This document shows, piece by piece, positions 50,558 through 62,819 of a DNA stretch of 64,000 bases. The stretch comes from Mobula hypostoma (taxonomy: Eukaryota). The position numbers and the translations under genes are program-made. Each line of letters opens with the position of its first letter. Position 1 is the first letter of the stretch. The notes beneath the pieces were generated by a model, which worked only from the letters and a program-made list of their open reading frames with translations, did not search any database and was not told the DNA's origin. The stretch covers positions 109,060,001 through 109,124,000 of the forward strand of contig NC_086107.1 in assembly GCF_963921235.1 (NCBI RefSeq), in the 5' to 3' direction.

Positions 50558-53397
50558 GATAAATACACTTACTTGCTCCATCACTGAGATGTTCCCACAA
50601 CCAATAATCTCACTTTAAGTACTCTTTATCTCATCATCTTATGTTCTCGTTATTTATTGCTACTTATTTATATTGGCATTGCACAGTTTGTTGACTTCTG
50701 AACTCCGGTTGATCTTTCATTGATCCTGTTATAGTTACTATTCTATAGATTTGCTGAGTGTACCCGCAGGAAAATGAATCTCAGGGGTGTATATGGTGAC
50801 ATATATGTACTTTGATAATAAAATTTACTTTGAACTTGACGTTGAGAACACAGAATAACAACAGGCTCTTCAGCCCACGAGGTTGTGCCAAACTTAGTAA
50901 ACTAATAATTAATTGCCAAATTAAACTAATTCCTTCTGGTGACATGAGGTCCATCCATGTCCCTCCATTCTCCGCACATCCAGCATTCTGCCCGCACAGC
51001 CCCAGGGTGGGGGGTGGACACTGTATGACACGCTCCAAGTAACAAAGGTCCAAAGTTCAAAGGAGTATGTACGATCCTTTATTAATGAGCCGGCAAAAGA
51101 CGAACAATCTTGTAACGACAAAAAGCTAATGGAACTAAAACCAGCGATATAACAAAATTAGCGGTCTAAGCAATGATGTTACTGATCTTGGCGTATTTAA
51201 GTGTTCAACAAAAAAATATCACTCCCTGGCTCTAAAATGAACCAAACCAGAGAAAGCTTGGACACATAACTAGACTTGCTCAATTCTACCGCGCTCCAGC
51301 CACATGACATAATAAACGTTCAATACAGACAGACAGAAAATATGGCCCCTGCTTCCCAGCTCCTAATTATTGCACTATAATGATTACAATTATACACTAC
51401 TAAAAATAGGAGACAAGAAATCTTCAAGGATAAACATCTTAATATTCATACAAATGTTCTCTTTTTTCTTCCAAAGAGTTCATGCAGCAATCATCTAGAC
51501 TGGAGGTTACCAGCACTTAGCCCAGTGCAGTGTGATCTTTACCTCCACTCTCTATCGGTCGGTAACTCAAGTCAAAGTCATGAAGCTTGCAGAGCTGCAG
51601 CTCCGCAAACTTCTGCTCTTGGTTATAGGCCTGTCCAGACAGCTGGACTTCGTCTTGATGCGCACCTGCCGCACGTACCGTCTTCTGTCTGGAAAAACTC
51701 AAATGACTCTTCGCATGATCCCATGAGGCGCTGTGTCGTCATCTACCCGCACAATGTTTCCCGGGAGGAAGTTGTGTTTTATACCTGACCACTTCTGATG
51801 TTCTTGTAACTCTGGTAAATACTCCTTGACACACCGTTTCCAAAATAACTTTGACATGTAGAGGACCTGCTTCCATCTACGATGAGAATCCTTTTGGAAC
51901 TCTCCTGGTGGTAAAGATGGTGAGGTCCTTCAGAAGCAACAGATGATTGGGTGTTAATGATCAGATGATGCTTTAGTTATTGGATGACCATTGATAATAG
52001 CCTCACAAAGAACAGTGTGGAAGTCCTCTTTGTCAGGGTGCTGTACCTTCATGGTGGAATTGGGGACCTTTCGCACAGACTTTATCAATCTCTCCCTTGT
52101 TCCTCCATGATGTAAACCAGGGGGTGGGTGGGGGGTTAAAATCCACTTAATTTCCAATTGCAAGCTTGAGAATTCATCTGGAAACCTCTTTCTTTGGCAA
52201 AGGCCAGCGATCTCCATTTCGGCCCTTCTGAGCTGCTCCATTGAGACAACCTCAGCTGATCTGACGTTTGGACTTCTCAATCTCTCTCTCTCCAAGGAAT
52301 CTCCTTCTTGTTCTTCATCCAAGTCAGACTGAGCAAGAGCGATCTTCACGTGCTTCCTCGTTCGACTAAGAAACAAGAGCGGGTTCTTAAATCTAAGATT
52401 CAAGGCCACCATCTTCGTCAAAAGATGGAAGATGAAAAATGATCTATTATATGTGTTCCTGCGTCCACCTCCTCGTCAATCTGCACAGCATTCATTGTAA
52501 CACTCCTCCTGACTTCCGGCTCATCTAGCAGAACAGTTGGGATTAACAGGCCATTCCCTTTCAGGCTGAAGAAGGTACTAAGGCCCAGATACCCAAGTTT
52601 CATCCTTCAGGAACGCTTTCACCTTCAACTTTCTAGAGGCCACGTCTGCTAGGTTGCTTGAAGTGTTTCCATACCTCCGTTGAGATGCTTGTGAGACTTT
52701 AAGAATTTCTGAAACCCTGCCTGCAATGAACCCTGGAAGTTTCATTCCAAATATACTTCAGTACAGATGTACCATCAATCTAAAAAGCTGAGTCCTGAAG
52801 CTGCAGGTACAACTTTATCCTCCACAATGTGTCCATACGTCTTGCCATTGTAGCAGCAGTGAGCTCCATTGAGAGGGATGGCTACTGACCTCAATAGAGC
52901 TACCTGAGATTTACACATGAGAACACAAGTTTTGCAACAATAGGTAGGTCACTGCTCCACAGCCATCTCCACTCGCATCTATAAAGTAGTGTAACTGTGC
53001 AGTAGTAACTTCTCCAAAATCCAGGGGTTTCAAACATCTAACAACCTTAAAGTCTTCCAGCCGGCAGACTTCTTCCAGCCAGCTTGTTCACTCATGAGCA
53101 ACTGATGTTGGTATAGTGTCATCCCAGCTAAGCCCTTTCTTACATAGATCTTATAGAATCTTCTTAGCAGATAACAAGATTCCTAAGCGGAGCATAGATG
53201 GAACTAATTGTGGAGAGGATCTGCCTTCTGGTAAATGGTCTTTCCTGGATGGTAATCTTAAACCTGAAAGTATCAGACTGAATGCACCATTTCACACCCA
53301 ATCCGTTCTCCACCAAAGAAACATATTGATTCAAATCCAAATCCTTCATGTCTTTCACTCTTTATTCTTATGGTATAACAGTTAGCACACCATGTCT

Positions 53398-53549
53398 ACA
53401 TTTCGGGCCGAGACCCTTCGTCAGGGCGAAGGGTCTCGGCCCAAAATGTTGACTGTACCTCTTCCCAGAGATGCTGCCTGGCCTGCTGTGTTCACCAGCA
53501 ACTTTTATGTGTGTTGCTCGAAATTCCAGCATCTGCAGATTTCCTCGTG
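53398..53549. mobile_element. Short fold-back Penelope pLTR insertion within BEL
   Basis: Two abutting inverted hammerhead-like halves. TSD AGCACACCATGTCT (53384-53397) / AGCACACTATATCT (53550-53563). Confidence 0.75.
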
Positions 53550-53985
53550 AGCACACTATATCTGTTGCTTATCCACTTCGTGAGTCAAAAAACCACCTCT
53601 AACACAAATGGGTGCAAGGTCATGGTAGAGAGACATCGCTTCTTCCTCAGAGGACACTGACACAAGGCAGTTGTCGACTTGGAAGCAATGCAAAACCTCG
53701 TCCACCATCTCGCGGCTGAACTGTTCTTCATCATCTTCTGCGCATTTCCTAAGAGCAAATTGGTGCAGTTCGGTGATTATGTTGATTCAAAGAGATGCAC
53801 CCCCGTTCTAAAGCATACCATATCTTGGCTGATGTCACCACCAGGCCATCAAAGGAACCTCAGCAGATCTGTATCTTCCACTGGTACTTTAACCTGATGA
53901 AATATTGACTCAGTATCTCCCATGGTCACCACAGGTTCCTTTCTAAATATGGTTATGACTCCTATCAGTGAGCTAATAAGATCTG

Positions 53986-54632
53986 TGATATCCAAAAAGA
54001 AGGAGAATCCTATCTGCAGGCTGAGAATAAATGGGGAAGACATAAAACAAGTAAAGAACTTTTGCTACTTAGGAAGCTGGGTGACATCAGATGGCAGGTG
54101 CGACTTGGACATCAGAAGGAGAATAGGGATGGCAAAAGACACCTTTACGAGAATGAAGAGTATACTGACCAATACTAAACTAGGCATGACAACCCAGCTC
54201 AGAGTGTTACGTTTATCCAGTGATGTTATATGGTTCAGAATGTTGGACAATATCTAGTAACATGAGGAAACGAAGCAGAGATGTGGTTTTTGAGGAGGAT
54301 GTAAAGAATATCATGGACGAAACGAATATCTAACGAGGATGTCATGAACAGAGCAAACACAATAAGAGAAATAATGTATGAGATCATGAAAAGACAATGT
54401 AACTTCATTGGACATGTGATTAGGAAAGAGGTGTTAGAATGCACAGTAATTATGGGAAAGATTGAAGGGAAGAAAGCAAGAGGAAGACAAAGACAAATGA
54501 TGATGGAGACAGCAGCCAGAGAATTGGAAATGAATACCAATGAATTGATCCACTGGACCCGAAACAGGAGTGTGTGGGCCATGGCAGTCAAAACTCAAAC
54601 TGGGCACGGCACCTGATGATGATGATGATGAG
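53986..54632 (+). mobile_element. RTE-clade LINE, 5'-truncated, inserted in the BEL RT region
   Basis: IKQVKNFCYLGSWVTSDGRCD.DIRRRIGMAK; FIGHVIR...GKIEGKKARGRQR; (GAT)n tail. TSD TAAGATCTG at 53977-53985 and 54633-54641. Confidence 0.92.
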
Positions 54633-55179
54633 TAAGATCTGATCCCTGTAAAAGCTGAGCATTAATTGATATTCAGTGAAATGTCGCTCCACAGTCAAAC
54701 ACAACACAAAGTTCCCCTTTTCTGGAGTGGTGAGCACCATGATGTGGAATATACCAAACGTTCCCATCACTGCGTTCCAGATCTTCTGCTGGCACTCCTT
54801 TGGTGTACCCTTGGAGCACGGAGATTTGACGCACTGTCGCTCGGGTTTATGGCATCCTGTGGGTCCTACCATGCCCCAATAACATGACAGATTACCCATA
54901 ATAAACGTGCAACGCAAATACAATACAGACAAACCGAAAGTAGATCCCTGGTTCCTACACCTGAGATTCATTTTCTTGCAGGTATACTCAATAATTCCAT
55001 TAACAATAATGGAATCAATGAAAGAAGCACCAACAGGATGGGCTAACAACCAGTGTCAAGAGACGCCGAACTGTGCAAGTACAAAACTAAATAATAATAA
55101 TAAACATTGAGAACATAAGATGAAAAGTCCTTGAAAGTGAGTCCATAGAACAGCTCAGTGATGGGACAATTGAAGCTGA

Positions 55180-56020
55180 GTGAAGTTATCCCCTCTGGTT
55201 CAAGAGCCTGATGGTTGAGGGGCAGTAACTGTTCTCGAACCTGACAGTGTGAGTCCTGAGGCTCCTGTACCTGCTTCCCAATGGCAGTAGTGAGAAGAAA
55301 GCTGGGCGATGGCTGTCCCTGATGATGGACGCTGATTTGCTACAACAATGCTCCATATAGATGTGCTCAGTGGTAGGGGTGGTTTACCCATGACGGACTG
55401 GGCTGTATCCACTACTTTTTGTCGGGTTTTCCATTCAAGGGGATTGGTGTTTCCATACCAGGCTGTGGTGCAACCAGTCAATATATTCTCCACTACACAC
55501 CTATAGAAGTTTGTCAGAATGTTCGGTATCATACCGAATCTTCACAAACTCCTAAGGAAGCAGAGGTGCTGCTCTGCTTTCGTTATAATTGCACTTAAGT
55601 GCCGGCCCCAAGACAGGTCCTCTGAAGTGACAACACCGAGGAATTTAAAGTTACTGACCCTCTCCACCTCTGATCCCCTGATGAGGATTGGCTCATGGAC
55701 CTCCGGTTTCCTCCTCCTGAGGTCAATAATCCGCCCTTTGGTCTTGCTGATGTTGAGTGAGCAGACCCCGTTGGTTATTGTTGTGTCATCATTCAACCAA
55801 ATTTTCAATCTTCCTCCTGTATGCTGATTCATCGCCAGCTTTGATTCGGCCAATGGCTGGTGTCATCAGCAAACTTGAATATGGCATTGGAGCTGTGCTT
55901 AACCACACGGTCATAGGTGTAAAGCAAGTAGAGCAGGGGGCTAAGCACACAGTCCTGTGGTGCTCCTGTACTGATGGAGATTATGGAGGAGATGCTGCTG
56001 CCAACCAGAATGACTGAGAT
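55180..56020 (-). mobile_element. Rex1/Babar-type LINE RT and 3' fragment
   Basis: LNISKTK..IIDLRR...VERVSNFKFLGV..SEDLSW..H...KAEQHL.FLRSL; NFYRCVVENILTGCTTAWYGN. Confidence 0.85.
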
Positions 56021-56906
56021 CTTTTAAATGAAGGGTATAATTAGCCACAGCACAACAAAGAAAGTCTTTCACATTTCATAAACTTTGTCTAGCTGTGTCC
56101 AATTTCAGCTGCGTGGCAACAAAGGCTATGTGCGTGGGAGCATTTAGTTACGGTGCGGCCACGCACCCTCACAGCTTTAGAGGGAACAGTGGATGATGCT
56201 GTGTGTCTGTGATGCATAGGGCAATAAACTCAACTTTGACTTTAAAACGTGGACAATTCTTCTCCCATTCCGACCTCTCCCCGTAGAAGCTGCTCAACCC
56301 ATATTGATTTTCTCCAGCAGATTGTTTGTTGCTACAGATTCTGGCATCTGGAGTCTCCCTGTGTCCCCACTTCACTTATTCTCCTCATGTTCCCATCAAT
56401 TCCCTGCAAGTTCTGGACGCAATTTATAGCGGCCAAGTTAAGCCACCAACCCACTCGACTTTGAGGTGTGGGAGGAAACAGGAGCACCCGGAGGAAACCC
56501 ACATGGTACACAAGGAGAGCCTGCAAACTCCACATAGAAATCACCTGAGGTCAGGATTGAACCCTGGTCTCTGGCATTGTGAAGGCAACAGCTCCACTAA
56601 CAGTGCTAAGAAACTCAGTCACTGACACTTACCCAGAGTAAGTTCCAACAGAAATTCAACAAATCTAATTGAACGCTTGGCCATTCAGCAGTAAATATGG
56701 AACTTTGTGAGGTAATATTGTGCAGAGATAATCTGCTTTTCATTACAGAACAGTACAGGCCCTTCAGCCCACAATGTTGTGCTGACCAAACCCACTCGAA
56801 TATCAATTTACCCCCTTCCCTCCTACACAGCCCTCCATTTTTCAATCATCTGTGTGCCTCTCTAAGAGTTTCTTAAAGACCATATTGGTTCTTCCTCAAC
56901 CACCAC

Positions 56907-57236
56907 CACTGTTCCTTCTAAGCTGCGCGGGTGCACAGCCGCACAGTAACTGAAACGCTCCCATGCACATAGCCTTTGTTGCCATGCAGCTGGGATAGAG
57001 ACAGACGAGAAAAAGGTCATGAAGCGTGAACGATTTTCTTTGCTGTACTTTATTTCATTATATCCTTTAATTAATACATAAGTGATTTTTCAGTTTTCAT
57101 TTTAAATATTCATAGCACGCATATTACAAAAAAAAACATTTAAAGTGCCACACGGTTTTCAGGCCATGTAAAAATTTCCTGCTCAGAGCAATACAGCTCA
57201 ACACAGCTGTAAAGAATATAATGAGAGGGTACGTTG
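56907..57236. mobile_element. hAT-like MITE, with an inverted partial copy at ~56060-56191
   Basis: Terminus CACTGTTCC(C/T)TCTAA; 56907-56992 is the reverse complement of 56107-56191. Confidence 0.6.
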
Positions 57237-57559
57237 GTACCCTTGACAGGGTGTTCCATACATCAATCACTATTTGTGTTAAAAAAAATTGCCTCTAGCA
57301 CTCTCCCCCCCCCCCGTACTTTCCTTCAATGATCTTAAAATGATGCCTCCCTCATGTTTGCCTTTTTCCTCTAGGAAAAAAGTATCTGGTTGTCCACTCT
57401 AATTATCCCTCTTATCTTGTACACCTCTGTCAAGTCACCTGTCATCCTCCTTCCGTAAGATAGAGGAGTAGAATTATAGGACATCAAAGAGAAAAGTTTC
57501 TCAGACCTACCTCGTCAAAAAGCATCTAGGAACCTTTCGAGAAACTCTTTGAGCGAACA

Positions 57560-57973
57560 GGTGTTTGTCGCACCCGTGGCGGCCACGGGGAGGCGCTGCT
57601 GAGCCTCTCAGCTCCATTACAGACCGAAAGTGACGATTCTGTGTGCAATTGAGGAATGCGGAAAAACAGCTCCTAGCAGTTTTTTTTTTTGCTTCTCACC
57701 TCGCCTGCTTCTTCCGAAAATCTGCTTTTCATTAATGCACACCATTTTGTTTTTCTTCTTCTTTGCAAAGAACCGAACAGAGAGAGAGAGAGAGAGAGAA
57801 AATAAGTAGCCGTTCTTGGATTGCCGAGACTGGAAACCCGCGGAGCGGTTTAAAATCAAGCGACGAGGAATCGGAGTTTACCGGAGTTTTCAGAGCCGGT
57901 GCTTGAAGTGCCCTCGCTGGATTCAACCACTGCATATCAGCCGCTTCTGCGATTTACACTAGGAGGACAAGTA
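57560..57973 (+). promoter_or_regulatory. Probable promoter and 5' UTR of the ADAP1-like gene
   Basis: Non-repetitive, CpG-retaining stretch directly upstream of the ATG. The TSS cannot be determined from sequence. Confidence 0.55.
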
Positions 57974-58064
57974 ATGTCAGCCGAGAAGGAGAGGATTTTC
58001 AGAGCGTTGAAGGAGATGGTACAGAGACCCGGGAATGGGGTCTGCGCCGACTGTGGGTTGCCAG
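57974..58064 (+). CDS. ADAP1: First coding exon of an ArfGAP with dual PH domains (centaurin-alpha family, ADAP1-like)
   Basis: MSAEKERIFRALKEMVQRPGNGVCADCGLP closely resembles the ADAP1 N-terminus (..LLQRPGNARCADCGAPD), including the first ArfGAP CxxC. Ends CCAG|GTAATG, a phase-1 donor at the expected Asp codon. Exon 2 not seen in the window; paralogue identity not certain. Confidence 0.85.
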
Positions 58065-58439
58065 GTAATGGTACAACTTTTCACTTACGCGGGAGAGGGT
58101 CTGTGAGATGTTTTTTTGGGGTGGGACTGAGTGTCAGCTCTACCTCGAGGGCACAGATCTCCAGCCAGGCACCCACCGTGGCGTGAGAGGAGAGGCGCGG
58201 TCTTTAACTCCTTTCTGATTGCGAGTGTTCCCGCGGTATCTAAAGGAAGCGTGCAATATCTTGATCGCTTTGTTGGAGTTTACTGTGCATACAGTGGCAG
58301 TCTGGATAAGCACATGGATGGGAGGGGTGTGGGAAATGCTCCTGCTGTGGCAGAATAGTTCGGCACGGGCTAGATGGGCCGAAGGGCTGCTTCGGTGGCG
58401 TAGCAGGAGTGACACTAAAAGTACAGTACAACTGTAACT

Positions 58440-58795
58440 CATAATTGGACGGATGAAGTGCTTGAACGGCCTAGATAGTGTGGACGTGGTGAGGATGTTT
58501 CCTATAGTGGAGAAGTCTATAACCAGAGGACCGAGCCTCCGAATGGAAGATTATCACTCTAGAACGGAGATGGGAGGAATTTCTTGAGCCAGGAGGAGGT
58601 GAATCTGTGGCTTTCATTGTCACAGACGGCTGTGCTGCGGAGGCCAAGTCGTTGGGTATATTTAAGCAGAGATTGATAGGTTCTTGATTCGTAAGGGCAT
58701 TAAAGGTTACGGGGAGAAGGCGAGAGAATGGGGTTGAGAGGGATAATAAATCAGCCATGATTGAATGGCGGAGCAGACTGCACGGGCTCCTGTGT
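58440..58795 (+). mobile_element. CR1 3' fragment (intron 1)
   Basis: Degenerate GLDSVDV.RMFPIV..S.TRG.SLR and CR1-type 3' UTR. Confidence 0.8.
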
Positions 58796-58814
58796 TTTAT
58801 CGTCTTAACTTTAA

Positions 58815-59100
<286 letters not shown>

Positions 59101-60544
59101 CAAGTTGGCACTAGTTCAATGGAAACTTTATTAGAAAGCTATTCCGCCACAGTACCTTTCACTCCGAGGGTCGAGGCTGAGGATTTCCTTTAGGACATCC
59201 CAAAGCTCCTTGGCAGCAATTGAAACGTTTCTTTTATGAAAGTTGTGCCGGAGGAGACTTGAGGGAAGTTGCGCACATCAGACTCCCACAATCCATTGTT
59301 TTGTATTACGAACCAGGGATTTATATATTGGTGAATCTCTTCAGGTGGGATCTTTGCGGTATTTTCAGGTTCAGGTTTAAGTTATCACATGTACATGGAA
59401 ACATAGTGAAATGTGTCATTTGCGTTAACAATCAACACACACGAGGGTGCGCCGGGGGGCAGCCCGCAAGTCTCGCCACACATTCCAGCGCCACGGGGCA
59501 TGGCGAAACGGGGTACATTAAGGTAGTGCACAATAAAACAAGCCCCATTCCTCCTTCCAACCCACGCGCATACACAGTCCCCTAACCCAGGGGCAGGCTG
59601 TGTTCTTCAGCCCCCGCTGGGGTCTACATCAAACCAAGAGGGCAGGGGAAGCTGTATTCTAACATCTCATCTGAGAGCCATCTCATTGTTACACCGGGGC
59701 ATCAACATCAGCCCAGATATTTACGCCTAAGCCTCTGGGCATTGATTTGAAACTAAAATGCAATGACTTAGAATTGGGAGATGCTGGCAGCTTATTCACA
59801 CCAAGTACTTTGTGTCTCCGATTCATTGTAAGCAATAAGATCAGAAATGGGCCACTTGGCCCCATAAGCCTGCACTGCCAGTCAGCATGATCGTGACTGG
59901 TGCTCACTGGTGGAGAAATTTAAGGGCTTGGTGCAGACCGCGCGCTGCCTGTGTCAGGCGTTGGAGTCGGTGCACAAAGGCAGAGGGCAGTCTAACAGCA
60001 GCCGATTGTCTTGGTCATTTTTCTTGTGATCACAAGACCCCGTTGGTGCGGAAAGCTGGAAGCCTGAGTCACTGACTTGGTGGCGGACGGCGGGGGAGCT
60101 GCGTGGCGTCGGTTGTAGCGAGGACTGGGCCTCAAGCCGCAGTGTCGCCTGTTTACAGCTGCCCAGGAGAGACGCTTCGGGGTCGCTGCACTCCACCGGG
60201 GGCGCTGTGCCGCAGCATCCAAACTGGTGTCGGTGCTGCCCCCCGGTGTTTGCTCTGCAAAATACAGGCTGGATTGTGTTCGACTGCAGACTGCTGCAAT
60301 ATTCGTGCACTCAGGAACTTGGACTATATATTTGTTGTGACTGTATTTTAATGATATCTTTTTATGTGCTGTATGTGACTGTTGGCACTGTGTTGTGCAC
60401 CTTGGCCTCAGAGTAACACTCTTTTGTTTGGCTGTATTCATGTGCGGTTGAATGACAATTGAACCTGAATTTGTTCTGAGAGGGTGTCTCCTGGTTCTAG
60501 ACTAATCGGGGGGGGCGGGGGGGGGAATGTCCTCCCGATATCTG

Positions 60545-61405
60545 CTCATTTTGTGCAGCTTTGGTCATCATATTCCAGGAAAAATGTCATTAAGCTAGAG
60601 AGAGTGCAGAGAAGATGTAAAGAACAAGAAAATTTAGTTTTATTAGTCACATATACATCAAAATGCCCAGTGAAGTGTATCGTTTGCGCCAATGACCAGC
60701 ACAGTCCACGGATGTGCTGGGGGCAGCCCGCGAGTGTCGCCATGCTTCTGGTGCCAACATAACGTGCCCACGCAACTTACTAGCCCCGACCAACCAGTAC
60801 GTCTTAGGAATATGGGAGGAAACCCACACGATCACAGGGAGAGCGTACAAACTCCTTACAGGCTGTGGTGGGAACTGAACTCTGACTGGTGCTCTAAGGT
60901 GTAATACTAGCCGCAATGTTACAGTGCCACCCCTTTATGAGGGCGCTGCCAGGTCTCGAGGGCCTTGAGCTACAGGGAGAGGTTGGGTGGGCGAGGACTT
61001 TATTCCTTGGTATGTAGGAGATTGTGAAGTGACATGACAGAGGCATATAAAATCATGGGGGGTGTGGTTATTGATAAGGGGAATGCGCACAGTCTTCCCC
61101 ACCCCCCAAGGTTGAGAAGTAAAAAACTAGAGGGCATAGGTTTGAGGTGAAGAGTGAAAGATTTGAAAAGGCCTGAGGGCCAACTTCTTCACACAGAGGC
61201 TGTTGCTGGAGAAAGTGCTTCAGGCTGGTATAATGACAACATTTAAAAGATATTTGGGTAAGTGCATTGATAAGCTGGATTTGGAGGTAAATGGGCCAAA
61301 CGTGAACAAATGGGACTAGCTTGGTGGGCACCATGGACACCATGGTCAGCATGGAAGAGATGGGCCGAAAAGCCTTTTTCTGTACTGTATTACCCTGTAA
61401 CTCTA
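60545..61405 (+). mobile_element. CR1 3' fragment interrupted by SINE insertions
   Basis: VQLWS..YSRKNVIKLERVQRR, resuming after ~60940 with L.Y.ERL..L.LYSL and TRGHRF.V. Confidence 0.7.
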
Positions 61406-62819
61406 AACACAAGAGACTCTGCAGAGGCTGGAAATATTGAGGAATGCACAGAACACTGGGGACTCAGCAAGTCACACGGCATCTATGGAGGGGAATAACT
61501 AGACAATGCTTTGGACCAAGACCCTTCATCTGGATGAGGTGGCCACTGGTTATAGTTCATTAGGAGTTTGAGGAGATTTGGTATGTCACCAAAGACTCCA
61601 GCAAATTTCTACATGGAGAGCATTCTAACCATTCTCTGTAAACTCTAGAGACTGTTGTGCGTGAAAATCCCAGGAGATCAGTAGTTTCTGAGATACTCAA
61701 ACCACCACGTCTGGCACCAACGATCATTCCACCATCAAAGTTACTTAGACCACATTTCTTCCCCATGATGGTGTTTGGTCTGAACAACAACTGAACCTCT
61801 GGACCATGTCTGCATGCTTTTACCCGTGGTCCCCAACCTCCAGGCCGCGAAGCATGCAGTGGTGCAGTGGTAGCCAGGACGCACCCAGCACGTCATTAAG
61901 AGAAAAGCCAAAATAAACAAGCTAATTAATTACGTGTTCTAACTAGTTGTATCACCCTCTAGTATGCACAAGATCATGAACAAAAACCTCAGGAAGTTGT
62001 AAACTCAGCCAGCTCCATCATGGGGAAAAAAGCCTCCCCACCATCAAGGTCATCTTCAAAGGGCAATGCCTCAAAAAGACGGCATCCAAAATTAAAGACC
62101 GCCACCACATGCCCTCTTCTTGATACTACCGTCAGGGAGGAGGTACAGGAGCCAAAAGTCACGCACTCAATGTCTTAAGAGCAACTTCTCCCTTCCGCTA
62201 TCAGATTTCTGAATGGACAATAAACCCATGAACTATTTTTGGTCTCTTTTTGCACTACGTTTAATTTATATTATAATTATCATTATAATTATATGTTTCT
62301 TAATATAATTTATAATATATTTTATGTATTCCACTGCACTGCTGCCGCAAAACAATAAATTTAATGCTATTCTGCATGTCGGTGATAATGAACCTGATCT
62401 GATTCTGAGCACAGTTGGAACAGCAGGGAGATGTTTGGCTTCAGACTTGTATCGCCCACTGTTCTCTCAACCCCAGGTTCGGCACTCCACCCTTCTGAGC
62501 GTCGGTCCCAGGAACTCGTGCTGCTCGGGGTGCAGGAAGAAGTAACTTCCATCTCAAAGTTCAAAGTAAATTTATTATCGGAGTACGTGAGATTAATTTC
62601 CACCTGAGATTCACTTTCCCGGAGGCATTCACAGTGGAACAAAAAATACGCTAGATTCAATGAAAGATTACACATAAAAAAGACTAACAAACAGCCAACG
62701 TGCAAAAGACAAACTGTGCAAATACAAAAAAATGTTACTACTACTAATAGTAAATAAATATTACGAGAACATGAGTTGTAGAGTCCCTGAAAGTGAGTTG
62801 TGGAGTAAGTCCTTTGTTG

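Larger units (their letters stand above)
49570..50840 (+). mobile_element. Rex1/Babar-type LINE 3' half, interrupted by a Penelope fold-back
   Basis: VERVSHFKLLGVTISED.SWAQH...KKARQHLYFL...FGMTSKT..NF..CVVES.LTG.I. Confidence 0.8.
51110..54900 (-). mobile_element. BEL/Pao LTR retrotransposon, heavily degenerate pol
   Basis: Minus strand: WYIPHHG..H..KG.L.VVFDC (~54760-54690); LIGV..FRKEPV..MGD.ESIFHQVKVP.ED.D.LRFL; RPFTRRQILSTISSIY.PL; W...P..HHGG..ERLIKSVRK; RRWKQV.YMS.LFWKR..KEYLP. Possible LTR remnant at ~51110-51350. Confidence 0.9.

Noticed and set aside
57961..57966. AGGAGG Shine-Dalgarno-like word upstream of the ATG
   Set aside because: Spliced eukaryotic gene; coincidental.
57899..58186. 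95-aa ORF as a complete protein
   Set aside because: Only 57974-58064 resembles ArfGAP; the rest is 5' UTR and intron read-through past the GT donor.
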